Origin: an uncultured Roseburia sp.
GTDB lineage: Bacteria > Bacillota > Clostridia > Lachnospirales > Lachnospiraceae
Direction of reading: 5' to 3'
Length of the DNA: 64,000 nucleotides
NCBI GenBank assembly: GCA_964388945.1
Contig: CAYMCM010000001.1
Span: 11,715-75,714 of the forward strand
How positions within the stretch are numbered: position 1 is the stretch's first letter; the number at the start of each line of letters is the position of its first letter. Positions 9,276 to 17,443 of the stretch are shown here, in pieces. A program made the position numbers and the translations under genes. The notes beneath the pieces were generated by a model that saw only the letters and a list, made by a program, of their open reading frames with translations, did not search any database and was not told the origin of the DNA.

Positions 9276-10187
9276 TTAAAAATCAGCCGGATAATCACCA
9301 CGTTCTTTCATCTTACGGATCGCCTGCTCCACCAACGGCTTATCTTCATGATAGGTCACCCCATACCATTGATCCGGGGATTGCAATACGGTAACTGCCG
9401 CTTTTTTCTCTTCAAGAAGCTGCCCTACCACTCCCGGAAGGAAATATTCACATTTAAGCGGATTTTTCGCAAGGTTTTCCACAAGAAACTCCGGGAAACG
9501 TTCACGAAGCTCTGTTAAGATGCTCTCCGTAAAGCCCCACATATTCATAGAAACAATACTGCCCTCCGGGATCTCATGCCAGGATGCCCCATCATCCTCG
9601 GTGTACATGGTCTTTCCATCCCGCTTTTCAATGTGTGTGCGCTCCGTGATCCAGGTCAGCATCCCATTTTCATCCATCTTACAGATACCGCGCGCCACAT
9701 GTCCGTGATCTGTCAGCGTCTTTTCAAGCTGGTAACCGACCATGACATAGTGATAGGTTTCCTCGTCCGTATGACGCATAAGATAATCATAGATCAGCGA
9801 AAATGCATGCTTTCCGTAATAATCATCCGCATTGATCACTGCAAACGGTCCGTCAATGACCGGGGCACAGCAAAGAACTGCATGTCCGGTGCCAAACGGT
9901 TTTGTTCTGCCCTCCGGAACCGCAAATCCGTCCGGCAGCACCGGTTCCTGATAAACATAAGTCACATCCATGCTTTTTTCGATCCGATTTCCGATAACGG
10001 CTTTAAAGTCCTCCTCTGTCTCTTTTTTGATGATAAACACGACTTTTTTAAACCCTGCCTGCTTCGCATCATACAGCGAAAAATCAATAATGATATGCCC
10101 TTCCTCATCCATTGGATCGATCTGCTTTAAACCTCCATAACGGCTGCCCATTCCTGCCGCCATGATCACTAATACCGGTTCTCTCAT
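9276..10187 (-). CDS. Sugar-phosphate nucleotidyltransferase
   Basis: MAAGMGSRYGGLKQ NTP-transferase motif, PFGTGHA, INADDYYG. Confidence 0.85.
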   Translation of the reverse strand: MREPVLVIMAAGMGSRYGGLKQIDPMDEEGHIIIDFSLYDAKQAGFKKVVFIIKKETEEDFKAVIGNRIEKSMDVTYVYQEPVLPDGFAVPEGRTKPFGTGHAVLCCAPVIDGPFAVINADDYYGKHAFSLIYDYLMRHTDEETYHYVMVGYQLEKTLTDHGHVARGICKMDENGMLTWITERTHIEKRDGKTMYTEDDGASWHEIPEGSIVSMNMWGFTESILTELRERFPEFLVENLAKNPLKCEYFLPGVVGQLLEEKKAAVTVLQSPDQWYGVTYHEDKPLVEQAIRKMKERGDYPADF

Positions 10188-10217
10188 CGGCGGTTACCTC
10201 CTTCCCTTTCTGCCCTC

Positions 10218-10275
10218 ATTATATAGCGGTATTTTCATTCAGGCTTTGCACGATCTCTCATTGTTTTTGCACAAT
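10218..10275 (-). promoter_or_regulatory. Candidate AraC-activated promoter of the GH112 operon
   Basis: TATAAT at 10218-10223, no consensus -35, direct repeats TTTGCACGAT (10245-10254) and TTTGCACAAT (10266-10275) with a 21-bp period. Confidence 0.65.
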
Positions 10276-10365
10276 CCTACTTTTATATTACTATTTTTGT
10301 ACATCTGTGCTATGATGATTTTAGAAACGGATGATTGCAGTTTTCACCGCAGGAGGTGGTATCTT

Positions 10366-11265
10366 ATGGAATACAAAAGTGTTTCTCTGACACCTGCACT
10401 TGAGATCAAAAAAATTGTGACCATACATTATTTCGAGTACAGCAGCCACTATCGTTTTCCCGGCGAATCTCATAATTTCTGGGAATTTGTATGTGTTGAC
10501 AAAGGCGAGATCAATGTAACCGCAGGAGATCGCGACTACACCCTCTCCCGCAATGACATCATCTTTCACAAGCCAAACGAGTTTCACTGCCTGAGTGCCA
10601 ATCACAAAGTCGCACCAAATCTGGTGGTCATCGCCTTTTTCTGTGATTCACCCCAGATGGATTTTTTCCGGAACCGGCTGCTGGCAGTTGACAACTTTGA
10701 GCGTGGACTTTTAGCCCAGATCATTTTAGAAGCACAGAATGTTTTCTCTGATCCGCTCGATGATCCGATGCTAAAACAGATGCACAAACGGGAAACAATC
10801 CCACCGGGCGCCGAACAGCTCATCTCTTTAAACCTTGAACTTTTACTGCTTCATCTGCTGCGGCGGTATTCTCTCCCGATGGATCTTCCTGTCGCCAAAG
10901 AAACGATACGCCAGAAGAACAGCGATGAACTGTATCATCGTGTTGTGGAATACCTTGCACTGCATTTAAATGAACCGCTGACCTTAGACGAGATCGCAAA
11001 AGGCACCCTGATCGGTAAGTCACAGTTACAGCACCTGATCCGGGAACAGAAAAACTGCGGCGTGATCGAACTGTTCTGCCATATGAAAATTGAACGGGCA
11101 AAGCTGCTGATCCGGGAAAACTCCTTAAATTTTACCGAGATCGCCAATACACTCGGCTACAGCTCCATTCATTATTTTTCCAGACAGTTCAAAAAAATTA
11201 CCGGAATGACTCCGAGCGAATATTCCGGCTCCATAAAAAAGATGATCGAGGAGGATACGATATGA
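10366..11265 (+). CDS. AraC-family transcriptional regulator (cupin plus double HTH)
   Basis: RBS AGGAGG before ATG 10366 (the track start at 10162 is too far upstream); GESHNFWEFV cupin; LGYSSIHYFSRQFKKITGMTPSEY. Confidence 0.9.
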   Translation: MEYKSVSLTPALEIKKIVTIHYFEYSSHYRFPGESHNFWEFVCVDKGEINVTAGDRDYTLSRNDIIFHKPNEFHCLSANHKVAPNLVVIAFFCDSPQMDFFRNRLLAVDNFERGLLAQIILEAQNVFSDPLDDPMLKQMHKRETIPPGAEQLISLNLELLLLHLLRRYSLPMDLPVAKETIRQKNSDELYHRVVEYLALHLNEPLTLDEIAKGTLIGKSQLQHLIREQKNCGVIELFCHMKIERAKLLIRENSLNFTEIANTLGYSSIHYFSRQFKKITGMTPSEYSGSIKKMIEEDTI

Positions 11266-12005
11266 GAATCTACCGGGTAAAAAATTACGATGAAATGAGC
11301 AGACAGGCGGCAAATATTATTTCCGCCCAGGTTATTTTAAAACCGGATGCTGTGCTCGGTCTTGCTACCGGCTCCACTCCGGTCGGAACTTACAGACAGC
11401 TTATCGACTGGTATCAGAAAGGTGATCTGGATTTTTCCGCTATCCGCTCCGTCAATCTGGACGAGTATCAGGGACTTTCTGCAGACGATCCGCAAAGTTA
11501 TGCCTGCTTCATGCGCAAGAACTTTTTTGATTCGATCAATATAAAAAAAGAAAATACTTTTATCCCGGACGGGTGCGCCGCAGATGCCGGGGAAGAATGC
11601 GCACACTACAATCAGGTGATCCGCACACTCGGCGGCATCGACCTTCAATTACTCGGCATCGGAAACAACGGTCATATCGGTTTTAATGAACCGGGCGACT
11701 GCTTTGCAAAGGAGACACACCTGGTCAAGCTTACGGAAAACACCATTGCTGCGAACGCGCGCTTTTTTGCCTCTGCCGATGAGGTTCCAAAATATGCCAT
11801 CTCAACCGGAATCAAAAATATCATGCAGGCAGAAAGCATCCTGCTTATTGCTTCCGGTTCTGCGAAAGCCAAGGCACTTTGGGGGACTATCTGCGGCACG
11901 ATCACTCCGGCTGTACCGGCTTCCATTTTACAGCTCCATCCGCATGTGACCATCGTTGCAGACGAAGCCGCCCTATCCTTAGTACCGGCACAGTATTTCG
12001 AATAA
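11262..12005 (+). CDS. nagB: Glucosamine-6-phosphate deaminase
   Basis: LGLATGSTP, NLDEY, LLGIGNNGHIGFNEPG. Confidence 0.95.
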   Translation: MRIYRVKNYDEMSRQAANIISAQVILKPDAVLGLATGSTPVGTYRQLIDWYQKGDLDFSAIRSVNLDEYQGLSADDPQSYACFMRKNFFDSINIKKENTFIPDGCAADAGEECAHYNQVIRTLGGIDLQLLGIGNNGHIGFNEPGDCFAKETHLVKLTENTIAANARFFASADEVPKYAISTGIKNIMQAESILLIASGSAKAKALWGTICGTITPAVPASILQLHPHVTIVADEAALSLVPAQYFE

Positions 12006-12053
12006 CCACACGGATTTTTTGCGCAGACAAGCAGATTAAACGGAGGGATTTTT

Positions 12054-13172
12054 ATGATACTGAAAAATGGATTGGTTTTTACCCCGAAGGGGTTTGAAAA
12101 AAAAGATTTACAGATTGATGCTTTTCATCGGATTGCGGAAGAGATCACGTCATCTGATACGGAAATTTTTGACGCTTCGGACTGTTATGTCGTCCCCGGT
12201 TTTATTGACATTCATACGCACGGTGCAGTCGGTGCAGACTTCTGTGACGCAGATCCGGCAGGCTTAAAACGGATTGCTGCCTATTTAAAATCCTGCGGCA
12301 TCACCACTTTTTGCCCGACTTCCATGACGCTTCCCGAAGAACGTCTCAAAAAGATCTTTGAAACAGCTTCTGTTCTCATGGATGCACCCGCGCCGGCATC
12401 TGCCCGCATTGCCGGCATCAATATGGAAGGTCCGTTTATCTCTGCGGCAAAAAAAGGCGCACAAAAGAAAGACTATATCAAAAATCCTGACAGCTCCATG
12501 TTCTTTTCTCTGTTTCATGGCTGTCAGGATCGTATCCGATTTGTCACGCTTGCACCAGAACTTCCCGGCGCCTCCGCTTTCATTGATGCAGTAAAAGATG
12601 TTGTCTCCGTCTCACTCGGTCATTCCTCTGCGGACTTTGATGCCGCCGCGGCAGGATTTTCACGCGGTGCCAACCATGTAACACATCTGTTCAACGGAAT
12701 GGAACCCCTGCTGCACCGCGATCCAGGCATCCCGGGAGCTGCCGCAGATGCCTGTGCTGCCTCTCCGGACGTTTTTGTGGAACTGATCTGTGACGGCATT
12801 CACATCCATCCCTCCATGATCCGCAGCGCATTCCGGCTGTTCGGTGAAGATCATCTGATCCTCATCAGTGATTCCATGCGTGCCTGCGGCATGAATGACG
12901 GTACTTACGAACTCGGAGGACAAAGCGTCACAAAAACCGGAAACCGTGCAACGCTTGCGGACGGCACACTCGCCGGTTCTGTCACAAATCTGTTCTCCTG
13001 CTTTAAAAACGCCGTTTCCTTCGGCATTCCGCTTACTGCCGCACTGAAAGCAGTTACGATCAATCCGGCAAAAAGCCTGCATATGGAACATGAGATCGGA
13101 CAGCTCCTGCCCGGTATGGAAGCTGACCTTTTAGTGTTGTCAAAAGATCTTGATCTGATCTTCGCAGCTTAG
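12054..13172 (+). CDS. nagA: N-acetylglucosamine-6-phosphate deacetylase
   Basis: PGFIDIHTHG, MEGPF, THLFNGM, LICDGIHIH, LAGS. Confidence 0.95.
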   Translation: MILKNGLVFTPKGFEKKDLQIDAFHRIAEEITSSDTEIFDASDCYVVPGFIDIHTHGAVGADFCDADPAGLKRIAAYLKSCGITTFCPTSMTLPEERLKKIFETASVLMDAPAPASARIAGINMEGPFISAAKKGAQKKDYIKNPDSSMFFSLFHGCQDRIRFVTLAPELPGASAFIDAVKDVVSVSLGHSSADFDAAAAGFSRGANHVTHLFNGMEPLLHRDPGIPGAAADACAASPDVFVELICDGIHIHPSMIRSAFRLFGEDHLILISDSMRACGMNDGTYELGGQSVTKTGNRATLADGTLAGSVTNLFSCFKNAVSFGIPLTAALKAVTINPAKSLHMEHEIGQLLPGMEADLLVLSKDLDLIFAA

Positions 13173-13721
13173 TTACTGCTCCATCTGCCGCCCTAAGAAT
13201 GCGGCGGCAGTCATTGCGAGCTTCTGTTCGGTATCTCCGAACTTTTTCTTTCCGTCTTTTCCATAGAGTATGACCGCACCGATCGCATCTCCCTCACAGA
13301 GGATCGTACTGATGACCTCACTGCTGTGCTCTCCGCTGTCATCGAGCGTGATCTGGACAAAATTATTGTCTGCGGCCGCCGCAATCAGATTTCCTCTTTC
13401 TTCGATCAATCCTTCTAATTGCTTGCTGATCGGTTTTCCCTCAAAATCCTTTCGTCCGGCTCCGACTGCTGCTACCACATGGTCTCTGTCCGTAATGCAG
13501 ACAAGCTGCCCGCTCGTCTGTGCAAGCGCCTCCGCATACAATCCGGCATACTGACTGAGTTCTCCGATCAGGGAATATTTTTTTAAAATGATCTCTCCTT
13601 CCCGGTCGGTAAAGATCTCTAACGGATCTCCCTCACGAATCCGTAACGTTCTGCGTATTTCCTTCGGCACTACGACCCTTCCAAGGTCATCTATTCTTCT
13701 GACAATTCCTGTGGCTTTCAT
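13173..13721 (-). CDS. spoVT: Stage V sporulation protein T (AbrB-like N-terminus plus GAF)
   Basis: MKATGIVRRIDDLGRVVVPKEIRRTLRIREGDPLEI; RBS-supported ATG 13721. Confidence 0.95.
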   Translation of the reverse strand: MKATGIVRRIDDLGRVVVPKEIRRTLRIREGDPLEIFTDREGEIILKKYSLIGELSQYAGLYAEALAQTSGQLVCITDRDHVVAAVGAGRKDFEGKPISKQLEGLIEERGNLIAAAADNNFVQITLDDSGEHSSEVISTILCEGDAIGAVILYGKDGKKKFGDTEQKLAMTAAAFLGRQMEQ

Positions 13722-13761
13722 ATAATTCTTTTCCTCCATTGCTAAGTTTAAGCTTTGGAGT

Positions 13762-13790
13762 TATTATGTGGAAAATCTGTGGAATTATTC
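13762..13790 (-). promoter_or_regulatory. SigG/SigF-type promoter of spoVT
   Basis: Minus strand GAATA-N17-CATAATA; spoVT is SigG-dependent in Bacillus subtilis. Confidence 0.7.
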
Positions 13791-13841
13791 TTCTGATAAC
13801 AAATTATAAAATCCTCTGTCCGCATACCAAAATCATTTCCC

Positions 13842-14255
13842 TCACTTCATCAATTCTTCTGTGAGCCGAAGGATTTCCGGCGCAATTTTTTCCCGTTCTT
13901 TCTTTAAAAGACGATTGTAAACCGGGTATGCAAAACACGCAAGAACAATACCTGCAATACCGATGATAATACCAAGCACCATACCCGCTGTTCCCCCAAG
14001 TCCGAGAATCTCTCCCAAATCCGTCATGGCAAGACTCATTCCGGTTCCCATAACCAACGCTCCAATGATTCCAATACTCAAAGAAAACGCAGTCGCTTTC
14101 CTGGTGACACCGGCATCCAGACTGCGCAATTTTTCCATTTTATCTTCTTCCTGCGGTTGATATTTTTGTCGTATTTTTTTCAGTTCTTCCTGTTCTTTTG
14201 CAGAATAGGTAAAACGAAATTCTTCTTTCTCATTTTCAAGTTGTGTTTGCATCAT
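13842..14255 (-). CDS. Small two-TM membrane protein of unknown function (paralog of 16091-16462)
   Basis: KIRQKY...KLRSLDAGVTRKAT...GIIGALVMGTGMSLAM...YPVYNRLLKKEREKIAPEILRL. Confidence 0.75.
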   Translation of the reverse strand: MMQTQLENEKEEFRFTYSAKEQEELKKIRQKYQPQEEDKMEKLRSLDAGVTRKATAFSLSIGIIGALVMGTGMSLAMTDLGEILGLGGTAGMVLGIIIGIAGIVLACFAYPVYNRLLKKEREKIAPEILRLTEELMK

Positions 14256-14281
14256 GTGTCTGCTCCTTTTCATTGTTTTTA

Positions 14282-15355
14282 TCAACTTCTCAGGAATTTT
14301 ACTATAAATGTACTTCCCTCTCCCTTTATGCTTTCCACACTGATTTCCCCGTGTAAAATATCCACCACACGCTTTACCAGTGCAAGTCCAAGACCATTGC
14401 CCTGTGTCGCATGGGAAGTATCACCCTGATAAAATTTTTCAAAAATATGTGCCCCTACCTCCGGCGACATCCCGCAGCCTGTATCTGTTACTTTAACCAC
14501 TGCATACTGATCCTCTGTTTTTAAAACCACTGACACCATACCACCTTCCGGTGTAAACTTAAACGCATTGGAAAAAAGATTGTTCCAGACAAGGGTTAAA
14601 AGCTCCTTATCCGTACTTACCTTCACATCCTCCGCCATATCGGTATCGATTTCTATATTTTTTCTTTCCCATACCGCTTCATACGCTAACAGACATTCGC
14701 AAAGCTGCTCTCCAAGATCATATTCCTCCGTTTTCGGATAGATCTGTTGTTTTTCAAGGCGGTTAAGTTTTAAAATATTGGTCATCATATCTGCCAGACG
14801 ACGGCTTCCATCCGTAACACCCTTCGCATATTCGATTCGCTCTTCTTCACCCAGATCCGGTGCCTGTAAAAGTGTTCCGTAATTTTGCATCACAGCAAGA
14901 GGTGTCTTCATCTCATGGGAGACATTTGCGATAAAATCCGTGTGAAGTGTTTCTACACCTGCCAGTTCTTCCGCCATAGTATTAAAGCATTCAATGATCT
15001 CATTGAAATTTTCATCCACACCAAAGTGATTCATTGGCTTGATCCGTACACTAAAATCTCCCAAAACTACGCTCCGTGCCGCATCTGCAATCTGTTTTGT
15101 AACCCTTTCCGTTGTAAACTTTCTTCGCAGCGCATCTATTACTGTAAATAACGCGCCTAAAAAAACAACATTTCCAAACGTCAGCTTTGCCGCCATATTT
15201 AGGTTTTCTTTTGTCAGTTCAATTTCTAATGTTTCCGATAAAGTAGAAATAAATAATATCATGGAACAACTGACAACAAATGCGGCCAGCAGAAAAAACA
15301 TCAGATAGTTGTAAGTACCTCGAAATAATTTATGCCAGAAATCTTCCTTTTTCAC
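14282..15355 (-). CDS. HAMP-domain sensor histidine kinase
   Basis: Two TMs, HAMP, ANVSHEMKTPL, NLFSNAFKF, DTGCG, GNGLGL. Confidence 0.93.
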   Translation of the reverse strand: MKKEDFWHKLFRGTYNYLMFFLLAAFVVSCSMILFISTLSETLEIELTKENLNMAAKLTFGNVVFLGALFTVIDALRRKFTTERVTKQIADAARSVVLGDFSVRIKPMNHFGVDENFNEIIECFNTMAEELAGVETLHTDFIANVSHEMKTPLAVMQNYGTLLQAPDLGEEERIEYAKGVTDGSRRLADMMTNILKLNRLEKQQIYPKTEEYDLGEQLCECLLAYEAVWERKNIEIDTDMAEDVKVSTDKELLTLVWNNLFSNAFKFTPEGGMVSVVLKTEDQYAVVKVTDTGCGMSPEVGAHIFEKFYQGDTSHATQGNGLGLALVKRVVDILHGEISVESIKGEGSTFIVKFLRS

Positions 15356-16023
15356 TTCAGTACCACCTTATATCCCAATCCATGAACGGTCACGATTTCA
15401 AAATCATCACACTTCAAAAGTTTTCCCCGAAGCTTTGTCATGTACACATCTACGGCTCTTGGTGCTGTTTCCGTATCTGCATCCCAAAATTCATCCATAA
15501 GCTGAGTTCTTGTAAACGTCTTTTTCGGATAAGACAGCAATTTATAAAGAATACTAAACTCCCGGTTGGTCATCGGTATTTCTTCACCCACTAAATATGC
15601 GGTATGCTCATCGGCATCCATCACAAAACTGCCAATTTCAAGCTTTCTGTCTGCCACGATTTTTGCCCGGCGCAGAAGCGCTCCGATCCGTAAGAATAAT
15701 TCATCCAGATCAATCGGTTTTACCATATAATCATCCACGCCGATGCGAAAACCACGCTGCTTAGACGCAATGTCGTCCCTTGCCGTCATAAACAGTATCG
15801 GAATATCCTCATTCAATTCACGAACATTGCCTGCAAATTCAAAACCATCAATTCCAGGCATCATGATATCAGACACAATAAGGTCAAATATGTTTTGAGC
15901 AAGTGCATGATAGGCATCAGTTGCATTGAGACAGCTAACCGTTTCATATCCGCTGTGAGTTAGAAATGAGCAGACTGTTTTGTTCAAGTCCTTATCATCT
16001 TCTACAAATAATATCTTAAACAT
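15352..16023 (-). CDS. OmpR-family response regulator
   Basis: VEDD, SDIMMPGIDG, DDYMVKP, winged helix (AVDVYMTKLRGKL...TVHGLGY). Confidence 0.93.
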   Translation of the reverse strand: MFKILFVEDDKDLNKTVCSFLTHSGYETVSCLNATDAYHALAQNIFDLIVSDIMMPGIDGFEFAGNVRELNEDIPILFMTARDDIASKQRGFRIGVDDYMVKPIDLDELFLRIGALLRRAKIVADRKLEIGSFVMDADEHTAYLVGEEIPMTNREFSILYKLLSYPKKTFTRTQLMDEFWDADTETAPRAVDVYMTKLRGKLLKCDDFEIVTVHGLGYKVVLK

Positions 16024-16055
16024 TAAAATACCTCCGAATCATTTTTTCAATACCT

Positions 16056-16088
16056 ATTATATCATGCAAATGTTAAAGTTTTGTTTAA
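16056..16088 (-). promoter_or_regulatory. Response-regulator promoter with tandem OmpR-type boxes over the -35 region
   Basis: TG-A-TATAAT at 16056-16064; TTAAACA and TTTAACA repeats with an 11-bp period at 16071-16088. Confidence 0.6.
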
Positions 16089-16090
16089 GT

Positions 16091-16462
16091 TTAACAGTGT
16101 TTATCCATAATTTCATCACTGAGTTTCATGATCTGGTCAGCATATTTCTTCCTGCGGGACGAAAGCATTCTCTTATAAACCGGATAATTGATGATCGCCA
16201 TAAGCATACCTAAAATACCGATGATAATTCCCGGAGCCATCTCATTTTCAATCCCAATCGTCGCCCCAATATCCGTCATGATCAAACTCATGCCGCTCCC
16301 CATAACAATGGCACTGATACTGCCGAAAGTATAAGCAAACACCGTTGCCGGACGTTTTACCTTTGCATCCAGTTTCTTTAACGCATCAAGCTGTGTATGT
16401 TCCTTCTCCGTATACTGTGTACGAATTTTTTGTACAAGAAATTCCTGATCATTTCTATTCAT
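16091..16462 (-). CDS. Small two-TM membrane protein of unknown function
   Basis: MNRNDQEFLVQKIRTQY...LKKLDAKVKRPAT...VMGSGMSLIM...YPVYKRML; ATG 16462 with RBS GGAGG. Confidence 0.8.
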   Translation of the reverse strand: MNRNDQEFLVQKIRTQYTEKEHTQLDALKKLDAKVKRPATVFAYTFGSISAIVMGSGMSLIMTDIGATIGIENEMAPGIIIGILGMLMAIINYPVYKRMLSSRRKKYADQIMKLSDEIMDKHC

Positions 16463-16688
16463 GGCAAGTACCTCCTTTGTTGGCTGAAAGTCTTTTTCTG
16501 GCTTCTGCAACAGTTTCGCCCTCTTTGGCAAAAAGTTTTTCAATACATTTATCTGTTACCTTTGCGAAGCCATCAACCGCTCCCTTTTCCATCTTTTTAT
16601 AGCCTCCGACGACGCCATTCTCAATTTTCTTGTAGCCGCCTACTACTGTTTCTGCGATTTTTTCATTTGCTCCTGCTAATTTAGACAT
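16455..16688 (-). CDS. 77-aa protein with an internal 11-residue repeat
   Basis: KIAETVVGGYK / KIENGVVGGYK / KMEKGAVDGFA; RBS AAGGAG; overlaps the next start. Confidence 0.75.
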   Translation of the reverse strand: MSKLAGANEKIAETVVGGYKKIENGVVGGYKKMEKGAVDGFAKVTDKCIEKLFAKEGETVAEARKRLSANKGGTCHE

Positions 16689-16722
16689 TGTAACTATCTC
16701 CTTTGTTTTATTTTGTGATTTC

Positions 16723-16777
16723 AGTATAATGTCTGTTTGTTTGCAAGTTTTTAAAAAAATGTTTAAGAAATGTTAAA
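16723..16777 (-). promoter_or_regulatory. Promoter of the small-protein operon with upstream OmpR-type boxes
   Basis: TATACT at 16723-16728; TTTAACA and TTAAACA repeats with an 11-bp period at 16760-16777. Confidence 0.6.
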
Positions 16778-17005
16778 GTTGGGGAAAATTTCCTCGAATG
16801 CCTGACGGCTGAGGGGAGCTTGTTTCGGATTACCTGCCAAAGCTTACTAGCTTTGACGACACAATGCCTTCAATTTTTTCTTTGAACTGATTAAGCGTTG
16901 CCATATCTCCTACAACAATTTCATCAAAGAATAAACTCCCACTGTTTTTCTCAAAATCAAATCTACGGTTCCCGGATTCTTCAATTCATTTCCTTTTATC
17001 AAAGA

Positions 17006-17035
17006 AAGACGGATGACCGAAGCCATCCGCCTTTG
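17006..17035 (-). terminator. Terminator-like hairpin with UUCG loop
   Basis: Minus strand AAAGGCGGATGGC-TTCG-GTCATCCGTCTTT. Confidence 0.55.
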
Positions 17036-17119
17036 ATTTTTAGCAGTTTACTCTGTAATGGGAATGAGTTTTAGGTCTTCATCCCGACCACTGGAAACGG
17101 GTTTTAAGTCTCCGTTCCG

Positions 17120-17390
17120 ATTTAAGCGTTCCTTATTGTCCGGGAATTGCTTGTTCATCTCATCACTCTGATACAGCCGCTTCACAATCTCCGTCATATA
17201 CAGACCGGATTTCATATATGGGTCAATAAAGGTTTTATCCGGCATATCAAAACATCCGGGATTCTCCTGTTCCAGCATATCCACCATTTTCTTAACCATT
17301 GTCTTTGGCGTGAATATCTGGTTTGTTTTCTGTGGTGGAATATAATCAAATATATCCTCTACACTCTTTTCATCAAAATAAAAAAAGACG
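17120..17390 (-). pseudogene. Internal fragment of a large restriction-modification (helicase/methyltransferase-type) gene
   Basis: FDEKSVEDIFDYIPPQKTNQIFTPKTMVKKMVDML...DPYMKSGLYMTEIVKRL resembles an N6-methyltransferase segment (recalled, not searched). The apparent ORF start is the ABC terminator sequence. Confidence 0.6.
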
Positions 17391-17420
17391 AACAGTAATT
17401 CTATAATTACCATTCGTCTT
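17391..17420 (-). terminator. Rho-independent terminator of the ABC exporter operon
   Basis: Minus strand AAGACGAATGGTAATT-ATAG-AATTACTGTTCGTCTT followed by a T run. Confidence 0.7.
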
Positions 17421-17443
17421 CCTTTTCATTATTTTATAAAGCC

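Noticed and set aside
13842-16462. Calling the small membrane paralogs dihydropteridine reductases, a label I recall for similar proteins
   Set aside because: No Rossmann or nitroreductase motif; they are short two-TM proteins.
16825-16975. Fragment FEKNSGSLFFDEIVVGDM resembling a sigma-54 activator Walker B region
   Set aside because: Too short and divergent, with no start or GAFTGA motif; cannot be supported without a search.
17390-17413. Track start MVIIELLFVFFYF of ORF 17048..17413
   Set aside because: It is the translated terminator hairpin and T run of the ABC operon, not a real N-terminus.
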